Notes under the pieces: generated by a model
Databases searched by the model: none
What the model saw: the letters and a program-made list of their open reading frames with translations, nothing else
What the model was told of the DNA's origin: nothing
Shown: piece after piece, positions 13,170-20,000 of the stretch
How positions within the stretch are numbered: the first letter of the stretch is position 1
How the letters are laid out: each line of letters opens with the position of its first letter
Made by a program: the position numbers and the translations under genes
IMG/VR virus record: IMGVR_UViG_3300033630_000015
Length of the DNA: 20,000 bases
Reading direction: 5' to 3' (one strand)
DNA from: an uncultured virus (IMG/VR IMGVR_UViG_3300033630_000015)
Taxonomy: Duplodnaviria > Heunggongvirae > Uroviricota > Caudoviricetes

Positions 13170-13804
13170 TTCTTCAATACTCCTTTTTCGAGTTTTAGGT
13201 TTAGATCGGATATGACCGAGTTCTGGAAATTGGTGAAATAGTCTTGACTTGTGTGGTCTCCTCTGAGCAGTCTAATGGAAAAGCCCATGTCGATTATGGG
13301 TGAAAATGGGTCGATTATGGGAGGGTCTGATTCGTGGACTACATAGCGTATCTCAGTAACGTTGGGATCGAGTCTTTCGAGGTTCTGGACTACATTGTCG
13401 AATGCCTTGTTATCTCCTGTGTAGGAGTTATATAGCCAGCTTTCCAGGGATGTTTTGATGTCGAGGAAGACTCTGTCGAAACCTTCCGGGATGGGTCGGC
13501 AACCTGAGGTTTCAAGCCCGACTTTGAGACCCAGTGCATGACCCCAAATCAGCAATTCGAGACATACCTCAGGTTGCATGACAGGTTCGCCGCCAGAGAT
13601 GACCAGGGCCGATACGTAACGTCGGGAGGCTAGGATTTCTTGGGCTATGTCGTTGAAATCTACAAGACGTTCGCCGGTGCGTATTTTTTCGTTATGACAG
13701 TGAGGACAGGACATGGGACAACCTCTGAGAAAGACTACGTAGGAAGCGTGCCCCGGCCAGTCGATAGTGGACAGTTCATGACGACCGGCATAGTTCACCT
13801 GCAA
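13166..13804 (-). CDS. nrdG: anaerobic ribonucleotide reductase activase-like radical SAM protein
   Basis: STIDWPG...VVFLRGCPMSCPHCHN (CxxxCxxC), VISGGEP, VGLETSG, FLDIKT match the archaeal-type NrdG/PflA activase pattern. Confidence 0.85.
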   Translation of the reverse strand: MQVNYAGRHELSTIDWPGHASYVVFLRGCPMSCPHCHNEKIRTGERLVDFNDIAQEILASRRYVSALVISGGEPVMQPEVCLELLIWGHALGLKVGLETSGCRPIPEGFDRVFLDIKTSLESWLYNSYTGDNKAFDNVVQNLERLDPNVTEIRYVVHESDPPIIDPFSPIIDMGFSIRLLRGDHTSQDYFTNFQNSVISDLNLKLEKGVLKK

Positions 13805-13980
13805 TCCTCTTCCCCCAGTTCTACATCCTCCGGAGATAGGCGGCCAGTCGTAATCAGATATGAGGTTACGGTTGGTGGTATTACCTCTCCTTTGAAGAAC
13901 GTGATTTCTAACCGGTTCTTCACTTTAGCACTCAATGGCATAGAAGATGGTAAGTGGGACACATATTTAAGGCTTTTCAT
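13795..13980 (-). CDS. small hypothetical protein (61 aa)
   Basis: ORF leading into the nrdG-like gene; divergent from the exonuclease. Confidence 0.6.
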   Translation of the reverse strand: MKSLKYVSHLPSSMPLSAKVKNRLEITFFKGEVIPPTVTSYLITTGRLSPEDVELGEEDCR

Positions 13981-14023
13981 AGGATGCAAAAGAGTTATAC
14001 GAAAGGAACATAGAGAAGACTTT

Positions 14024-14713
14024 ATGCAAGACCCTGTTGTTATCGATATTGAGACTGTGCCTGGAACGTTAGAACAGATCCAGACCTATAAGGATGTTAA
14101 ATGTAGTAGATGTGATCATAACCCGGAAGATCATCCTAAGCAGAAGAAGGATTATTGTGCAGAATGTGATGAGCAGGCTGCCCTTAGATGGCATACCTCG
14201 CAGACTATTTGCATCACGGCTAAGCCTGTGGATATGGACGTGGCATGTTTTTGTGATCGCGATGAGGTAAAGGTGTTAGAGGATGCTTATGAGTATTTGA
14301 GTGAGATTAGGCCTGCAAAGTGGATTGGGTTCAATATTAAGGATTTTGATTTGATCCATTTGAAGATGAGGGGAATGGTTAATGATATTCCTTTCATTAA
14401 TATATTGCCGGTTGGAAAATATGATAAAAGATTGTATGATGTTTATGATGTACTGGTGGAGGGAAAGTGGAATAAGCAGCAATCGGCTACTTTGGAGATG
14501 TTTGCGGCAATGCTTGGGTTTAAAGAGCTGTTGTATGGAAGTGGTAGGGATGTTCCCAAATGGTTTGCTGAAGGAAAGATGGACGAGATCCGCAAGCACA
14601 ATATCGGGGATGTGTTGGCTACGGAGCAGCTGTATTTGAGGATTTGTGATGCAGAAACAAGGTATAGAAGTAGGGGTAGAAAAATAGATGATGAAGAGGT
14701 GTTTGCCCTCTAG
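14024..14713 (+). CDS. DnaQ/PolB-like DEDD 3'-5' exonuclease with inserted CxxC...CxxC motif
   Basis: ExoI VIDIET, ExoII GFNIKDFD, ExoIII HNIGDV; start ATG 14024 with TTATAC about 24 nt upstream; the ORF-track extension overlaps minus-strand genes. Confidence 0.88.
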   Translation: MQDPVVIDIETVPGTLEQIQTYKDVKCSRCDHNPEDHPKQKKDYCAECDEQAALRWHTSQTICITAKPVDMDVACFCDRDEVKVLEDAYEYLSEIRPAKWIGFNIKDFDLIHLKMRGMVNDIPFINILPVGKYDKRLYDVYDVLVEGKWNKQQSATLEMFAAMLGFKELLYGSGRDVPKWFAEGKMDEIRKHNIGDVLATEQLYLRICDAETRYRSRGRKIDDEEVFAL

Positions 14714-15289
14714 TTACATTTTTATCGGGATGCCTCTGAAGATGTAGCCCGGTGACTCGCCTGTTGGTGATGCAGAGGGTATTTCGGATGCCGGGATAGA
14801 TGAAACGGATTTTACAGTTGCTAATGTTATCGGTTTCTTTTCGGTTATGGCTACCGGGGTACGGGTTACAGGTTGTTCTTCGTGGACGGCAACTGTCCTC
14901 TTTATGGATGTTGTAACGCCTGAAGCAGGGGATATAGATATTCCACCGAGGACGACTGTTTCTGGTTTTTGAATAGCAATGGTTGGGGTTGAGACGGCTT
15001 TTTGAAATGTTGTAGGGGTAGAAGATATTGATGATGCAGATATGCCGCCGGTCGGGGATATGTCATGTTTTCCGGATGAGACTTCGGACGTAATGAGTTT
15101 TTTCTCGGGTGCAACAATGCCTCCTGTTGGGGATATTTTGAGGTAAGAAGTTGGAATAGATGAACGAGAGGATGCTGGGGTTTTTGAGGCGGTGGCTAGA
15201 GTTCTCGAAGTATTGGCTTCGTTCGAGACGGATTTGCCCTCGGAAGCTATTTTGGTAAGAAAAGCATGAAAAGGAGTGCGTCGGGCCAT
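14714..15289 (-). CDS. Ser/Thr/Pro-rich low-complexity protein with ISPTGGI repeats
   Basis: GGAGTGA upstream; ISPTGGI x2, ISPASGV, SPTGE. Confidence 0.8.
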   Translation of the reverse strand: MARRTPFHAFLTKIASEGKSVSNEANTSRTLATASKTPASSRSSIPTSYLKISPTGGIVAPEKKLITSEVSSGKHDISPTGGISASSISSTPTTFQKAVSTPTIAIQKPETVVLGGISISPASGVTTSIKRTVAVHEEQPVTRTPVAITEKKPITLATVKSVSSIPASEIPSASPTGESPGYIFRGIPIKM

Positions 15290-15295
15290 GCCCGA

Positions 15296-15706
15296 TCACT
15301 CCGGTGGATTAAGGACTTTGATGTCGAGTTCGGATTGCTCGAAGTTCTTGGCGGTGGCGTTGCCGATTATGCCGGACATTGCGCAGGTCTGATCTTCAAC
15401 AAAGTCTTCTCCTACGAGGGTGGCTATGTCGGCGGTTAGGTCCTGCTTTATGCCATCGAGGTCCTGAATTGTGTCACGGAGTATGGGTTTTACCAGACGA
15501 TAGGCATATTTTTTGGCTTCGTTGGCCTGGAATCCACTGCCGACACGATTGGACATGCCTTCCCGGATCTCGGTGTCAAGATCTTCAATCTCTTCGAAAA
15601 TCCTGGATACTTCACGGTCCATGCTTTCCTTAAATGCAAGTTTGATGTCAACTAATCGGCGACGTACTTTGTTAACATCTGTGTTATCCTTGACGATTTC
15701 TACCAT
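15296..15706 (-). CDS. hypothetical helical/coiled-coil protein (136 aa)
   Basis: ORF with TTTATCA 24 nt upstream of the ATG. Confidence 0.8.
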   Translation of the reverse strand: MVEIVKDNTDVNKVRRRLVDIKLAFKESMDREVSRIFEEIEDLDTEIREGMSNRVGSGFQANEAKKYAYRLVKPILRDTIQDLDGIKQDLTADIATLVGEDFVEDQTCAMSGIIGNATAKNFEQSELDIKVLNPPE

Positions 15707-15745
15707 GGTTAGGAGATTGGATTTAGAAGGTGATAAAGTTTTTGG

Positions 15746-15994
15746 TTAGATGTTGAGGGTTTCTTTCTTCAGGCCCTGGATGTTGCCTATCTGCAATTTG
15801 ATGCCGTGGCTGGCTATGAGAGCACGCGAGTTTTTGCTTAGGCTGTTGCTGGTTGCCTGGTTGATCTGGATGAGCTTGACTTTCTTACCGGCAATGGCCA
15901 GTATGTCATCGAAACTGGGACGAAATGACACTATCACGGCTTCTGTTTTGATGCTGGGGATGTCATCTGGGCTTGAAACTATTGTGGCTTTCAT
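15746..15994 (-). CDS. DUF1699-family protein
   Basis: MKATIVSS...VSFRPS..DI...IQI...LSK...GIKLQIGNIQG.KK matches my recollection of the Methanosarcinales DUF1699 pattern (VVSS...AFRPS...GDVWGHRK). Confidence 0.75.
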   Translation of the reverse strand: MKATIVSSPDDIPSIKTEAVIVSFRPSFDDILAIAGKKVKLIQINQATSNSLSKNSRALIASHGIKLQIGNIQGLKKETLNI

Positions 15995-16017
15995 GGTAAC
16001 TTAAGAAGAGATTAACC

Positions 16018-16024
16018 TATTTAA
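16018..16024 (-). promoter_or_regulatory. TATA box of a probable leaderless DUF1699 transcript
   Basis: TTAAATA 23 nt upstream of ATG 15994; no Shine-Dalgarno. Confidence 0.55.
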
Positions 16025-16046
16025 GGTTTAAGGTTGGAGGTGAGAA

Positions 16047-16075
16047 AGGATCGGGCTGAGAAGAGACCCGATCCT
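16047..16075. other. 9-bp perfect hairpin (terminator-like on the minus strand, or origin-associated)
   Basis: AGGATCGGG-N11-CCCGATCCT; followed by TTCTC on the minus strand. Confidence 0.55.
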
Positions 16076-16245
16076 GCATTTGGCCGTTGGACACACCAGC
16101 CATCCTTGATGATAACCGTCCGCAAGGACAAGGATAACTGTGATTTGAAGGTATTTCAAGTTTTTGGTAGGTGATGTGTTTGTGATGAATCGTGATAAAC
16201 TGTTTCGAGGTATCTTTTTGATACAAAGGGAAAAAAGGGCATTTT

Positions 16246-16570
16246 GTGTAACAACATGTAACATAAAATCGATTAGCGTTGAATACGTTACACTCGTTAC
16301 CCGTGTTTCCCCTGGTAAATGTAGAGATGTATAGAGAGAAAAGTCGTGTAGAATCATGATAGATTATAGTAGGTATATAATAACTATATTATATATTCTT
16401 CTTGATATTAGGTTGTCTTTGAGAGACTATGAGAGATACTAACTAGAAAGTTAAGTTACATATAATATATATATGTAATTAAGTGTAACACGTGTAACAG
16501 GTGTAACAGTATCTCTCTATATGTCGTTTTTCTTGGTTACATCTCTGTTACTCCGTTACGCATTATTACA
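16246..16570. other. probable replication origin: GTTAC/GTAAC iterons around an AT-rich palindrome
   Basis: GTGTAACA x3 at 9-bp period (16483-16509); GTTAC at 16287, 16296, 16455, 16536, 16547, 16555; TTACATATA/TATATGTAA palindrome 16456-16478; just downstream of the primase-helicase gene. Confidence 0.75.
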
Positions 16571-16687
16571 TGTAGAATAAAAATAACAGTGGACTACTAA
16601 ACCATGCGTAGATAGTGAAAATGCAATCGGATACAGGAAACCAGTAGAGTACAAAAAAGTGAAAAGAAATAACGGCAAGGCTTGTAT

Positions 16688-19390
16688 CTAAGAGACCTTG
16701 ACCGCCTGATATATCTTTTTCTCAAGGGTGTTTTCAGTATTTTTCAGGATTGGTCTGTTTAGATCTACCATGCCATAAACGGTATCATCAAGTAATATTC
16801 CTTCATTAAACACTAGCACACGGATGGTTTTATTTCCGCGACGCTTCGTCTTGACTCTCTTGCCATCGCTGCTGACTGTTATGTAGCCTCCTTCTTGGAG
16901 CTGCCTGTATAACGACGTAGACGAGATTGTCTGCGCCTGGGGTCCTAAGACCCGTCTGACCGCGTCTCTGGCCAAAATGGGTAATATAGCAACCTTTCCC
17001 ATGTCATTGTCACCTTCACCAAGACGCCATCCAATGATATTTAGGTCATTCTCGTTTTGGACTGGTCGATCAAGAACAACACACTTGCCGGATGATATCA
17101 ATTCTCGCAAGGTTTCAACAAACTGGGCTGCTTCAGTTGCATTTTCCGTGGTCATTGAGGTTTCAATAAGCAATGAAGCAAGACCTTTTTCAAAATCTTT
17201 GTTGTATTTTTTGATCACGGTTTTAAGGGGAGATTCCAACAACAGTTCCCATATCATTTTGAGAATGGATATTGTCGTCCCGACACGCCCAGGATTGATG
17301 CATCCCGATTCATTGGCCAAAGACACGAGAATTGACCTGTCTTCAATCCATCTATCCATGTCTATATCAATACCTGATATGTAATTACACCACATCCTGC
17401 CAACGGCTACGAGATTTTTATTTATTTCCTGCAATTTTGTCAGGTTAGTCTTATTTGGTTCTGTAGACCATTCGATTGGAATAAGTCGGGCCATGGTTGA
17501 CGCTTCCTCTGGCAAGTCCTCTCCTGTAACGATTAATGTTGTGGTGTGTTCTTTACTATCTTGAAGCCGGGCGTTTCGATTTGCTCGTTCTCTTTCCCGG
17601 CCTTCGAGAAGAACGTGAATTATTGACACGAATTTGGACGGACCGTCCTTTTGTGTCCCTTTGTAGTTGTCGATACCTGTTGGCAGGCAACCACATGCAG
17701 CAGCTACCAGTTGTATTGCTGTTCCAGTCGCACCTTCGCCCCATCGAAGTAGTGATTTTTCGCGCATAAACCCATTGCCATAGACGGCCAATGCGTGTTT
17801 TAGGGCCTCGGTTTTTAGACCACGACCAGAAGTGCCTATTAAAGCTATTCCGAAACGATCTTCTAAAAACCATCTGGCGCATACCGGGGATGCCAAACTG
17901 GTTGTAACAAGGATTGCTGCCTTGTCTGCTGGCCATGTTTTGAAGATCAGATCAAGGGCAACCATACCAAGCTGTTCATCTCCAGTCGACAGGTCTGCCG
18001 GGACCCTGCGCGACAAATTAAACTTGAAACCATCATCATCCAACCCAGGTATCGCAAGCCGGTCATTCACCCACATTGGCGCGTCTACTGATATCAGTTT
18101 TTTAACATCTATGGTCAGGTCTTGGATCATCTCAGCGCAGAGATCGCGAATTTTGTTTCTCGCGCCGAAATGAGACATCAAAATGCCGCGCAGCTTTCTT
18201 TTATCTGCAAAATCACGACCAGAAACAGTACATCTAAACCTATGGCCATCATTGCTGCCAGCTCCTTCAAGGGTAAACGTCGCCTCTCCACTTTCGTCCC
18301 TGGTTTCCTCTGTTATGACACAATATCCATCACAGACTATTGCTTTTACTGGTTTGTCCTCCTTGCCTTTTTTCAGGACTTTTTGATAGGTTCTTAGATC
18401 AGAATCAACGCCCGGCATGCCGAAAGGTAGGTCGTCTGACCATCTTCGGACGTTTTCTGGTATAATTGGTGCAATGTCGTCGTCCATCTTTTTCACAACC
18501 ACTGGTTCTTGTAGATCCGGGATATTGAATCCGCGTTCTCTCGCTATGTTGATCACTTGGGCAAGTTGCTGTCCTGTCAGGCACCCTTTTCCAGCCGCTT
18601 TGCAGGTGATTATCCCTTCTTCAACTGCCAGCCATTCGAGCGGCCCGCCACCGCTTTTGTGTCTGAAACAGTGCCAACAATTTTTTGAAGTATTGACTGA
18701 GAAATTCTTGCCATGCTTGGAATCATGTTTTGGATGACTTCCGAACACCTCTGAGCCCTTTCTTTCTTTGATTCTAAGCGGCCAGGCTACTTGATCTATT
18801 GGTATGAGATTGCCGATAGAAGATCCACCGTGCGGTGTTTTGCATTTCTTGGATGTCCGTGGATCTTCTTTTTTCACGAATGGCTTGATCAGTTCTAGTA
18901 GAAAGTCTTTATCTACGGTAGCAATAGGAACATCTGCAATCACTTTATAATAATTACCATTAGGATGTAACGACCCTGGTCCAACGACCTGCTCACCAAG
19001 CGCCTGTATTTCCCCCAAATGCAGGGGATCTCCATCGAGGTCCTTCAACTCAGGGTCTTCGAGTACCATTTTATCTTTGAAACCCCTGCATAGCAGATAA
19101 AAATGCTTTCCTCCGCGTCCTGTTTCCACCGTAAAAGTTTCTGGTATCTGATTTATGATATTTAATTCTTCCAATCTTGGCAGGTCGTCCACATCGAAGA
19201 CGATTAAATGACCTATTCCAGTGACAACGCCGTAATTATGTCCTTCAGCAAGATATCCGGCCATTACAGGATGCTTATAATCGTAATTTGCGTCGGTTGT
19301 CCATTTGTAACCTATGGGCTTCTTGGTACCGTTTAGAATCGGGACAAACCTAAAGCCTTCTTTCCGTAGCTGCGGAGGTATTTTATTCAA
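16688..19390 (-). CDS. replication protein: N-terminal bifunctional primase-polymerase, CHC2-like zinc finger, DUF927-like/P-loop helicase region, probable C-terminal wHTH
   Basis: YGVVTG, IVFDVDD, TVETGRGGKHFY, VVGPGSLHPNG (prim-pol); HPKH...WHCFRHKSGGG; IALIGTSGRGLKT (Walker A-like), TGIDN (Walker B-like), LIVTGE, ARL; true start may be ATA 19414. Confidence 0.9.
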   Translation of the reverse strand: MNKIPPQLRKEGFRFVPILNGTKKPIGYKWTTDANYDYKHPVMAGYLAEGHNYGVVTGIGHLIVFDVDDLPRLEELNIINQIPETFTVETGRGGKHFYLLCRGFKDKMVLEDPELKDLDGDPLHLGEIQALGEQVVGPGSLHPNGNYYKVIADVPIATVDKDFLLELIKPFVKKEDPRTSKKCKTPHGGSSIGNLIPIDQVAWPLRIKERKGSEVFGSHPKHDSKHGKNFSVNTSKNCWHCFRHKSGGGPLEWLAVEEGIITCKAAGKGCLTGQQLAQVINIARERGFNIPDLQEPVVVKKMDDDIAPIIPENVRRWSDDLPFGMPGVDSDLRTYQKVLKKGKEDKPVKAIVCDGYCVITEETRDESGEATFTLEGAGSNDGHRFRCTVSGRDFADKRKLRGILMSHFGARNKIRDLCAEMIQDLTIDVKKLISVDAPMWVNDRLAIPGLDDDGFKFNLSRRVPADLSTGDEQLGMVALDLIFKTWPADKAAILVTTSLASPVCARWFLEDRFGIALIGTSGRGLKTEALKHALAVYGNGFMREKSLLRWGEGATGTAIQLVAAACGCLPTGIDNYKGTQKDGPSKFVSIIHVLLEGRERERANRNARLQDSKEHTTTLIVTGEDLPEEASTMARLIPIEWSTEPNKTNLTKLQEINKNLVAVGRMWCNYISGIDIDMDRWIEDRSILVSLANESGCINPGRVGTTISILKMIWELLLESPLKTVIKKYNKDFEKGLASLLIETSMTTENATEAAQFVETLRELISSGKCVVLDRPVQNENDLNIIGWRLGEGDNDMGKVAILPILARDAVRRVLGPQAQTISSTSLYRQLQEGGYITVSSDGKRVKTKRRGNKTIRVLVFNEGILLDDTVYGMVDLNRPILKNTENTLEKKIYQAVKVS

Positions 19391-19465
19391 CGCTCTTTCA
19401 AACGCTGGGTCTATTCAGATCCCTCCGAAACGCTTATAAGTAATCAATGACTTCTTCATGCTTGA

Positions 19466-19666
19466 TCACTTGTGGCCGGGGTTTATCGCTTGACTCCGGC
19501 CAACTCTCCTGGATACTCTCTTATGATGGGCTCGGATGCCATCGATGAGCATTCTACGGATTACTTCACCGGCTACTTTGTCTTCTGCCTGCGCTATGTC
19601 TTGTATTATCTGGTGCGTCGCGCTATCGCACCGAACGCATATGGTTTTCTCTAATTTGTTGCGCAT
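19466..19666 (-). CDS. ribbon-helix-helix (CopG-like) DNA-binding protein
   Basis: KTICVRCD strand, then two helices (IQDIAQAEDKVAGEVIRRML); directly upstream of the replication gene; TTGATATA 23 nt before ATG 19666. Confidence 0.75.
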   Translation of the reverse strand: MRNKLEKTICVRCDSATHQIIQDIAQAEDKVAGEVIRRMLIDGIRAHHKRVSRRVGRSQAINPGHK

Positions 19667-19727
19667 AACCAATGGGTTGTATTTTGGGGTATATCAAGTT
19701 TGCGCGTGTAATACATTTTCACAGTAA

Positions 19728-19771
19728 ATCACCAAGGAGGCCCGTCCCCTTCAGGGGGCGGGAGGAATTGG
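19728..19771. mobile_element. IS200/IS605-family end-like hairpin
   Basis: TCAC-CAAGGAGG-CCCGTCCCC-TTCA-GGGGGCGGG-AGGAATTG resembles the CAAGGA...CCC-TTCA-GGG...AGGAATTG subterminal motif of IS605/IS1341-type ends as I recall it. Confidence 0.55.
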
Positions 19772-19816
19772 GTACACTTCCCAGTTTACTTTCGCTCTGC
19801 TCTGCATACCTATTTA

Positions 19817-19999
19817 TCATATCAAATCCATCTCCTGTATGTACTTGGGCATCTCAGGCACCCACTGGGTAAACCGTTCGATGCTGATCCTGTACGGCTC
19901 TGCCAGACTCTTGCCCGAAAGGGAACGGCTGAAATACGATTTGAAACCGTCTTTGGCAGATCTGAGGCCAACGTTCCAGCAAGACTGGGACCTCTGCAG
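19817..19999 (-). CDS. possible C-terminus of a gene entering from the right edge (...FKSYFSRSLSGKSL...PKYIQEMDLI)
   Basis: 60 open codons; weak resemblance to a Y1 transposase C-terminus; plus-strand frames are also open here. Confidence 0.3.
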   Translation of the reverse strand: MQRSQSCWNVGLRSAKDGFKSYFSRSLSGKSLAEPYRISIERFTQWVPEMPKYIQEMDLI

Positions 20000-20000
20000 A

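Noticed and set aside
13640..14023. 128-aa N-terminal extension of the exonuclease ORF
   Set aside because: It overlaps the nrdG-like gene and 13795..13980 on the other strand; exonuclease motifs begin right after ATG 14024.
16017..16357. ORFs 16017..16226 and 16028..16357
   Set aside because: They overlap the iterons, a hairpin and the DUF1699 promoter, with no SD or protein motif.
30..19872. Other plus-strand ORFs antisense to called genes (e.g. 4103..4564, 5613..6101, 12676..13095, 16977..17384)
   Set aside because: Shadow frames of well-supported minus-strand genes.

Overview
The window looks like part of an archaeal virus or virus-like element of a methanogen. The host is probably Methanosarcinales/Methanotrichales, judging from a DUF1699 homologue, GGAGGTGA-type Shine-Dalgarno sites and TATA boxes 23-24 nt ahead of leaderless ATGs. 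No capsid, terminase or integrase gene is visible. Nearly all genes are on the minus strand. Left (1-6176): a tightly packed array of about 20 small hypothetical genes, including a putative secreted transglutaminase/papain-like protease and a duplicated gene pair. Middle (6177-8520): about 2.3 kb with no credible ORF. It holds a predicted TATA-driven, heavily base-paired RNA of about 1 kb (about 7190->6190) containing a 41-nt tRNA mimic (acceptor stem + T arm only), then a control region with 10-bp-phased TGTACA boxes and several inverted repeats. A second 41-nt tRNA mimic with identical geometry lies between two genes at 3152-3192. Right (8522-20000): a second gene array (YkgJ Fe-S protein, wHTH regulator, NrdG-like radical SAM protein), a plus-strand DEDD 3'-5' exonuclease, DUF1699, a probable GTTAC-iteron origin, a 900-aa primase-polymerase/Zn-finger/helicase gene with an upstream ribbon-helix-helix gene, and an IS200/IS605-like end hairpin. 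The best candidate for a new system is the large structured RNA plus the mini-tRNA processing signals. All folds and family calls were made by eye and need computational confirmation.
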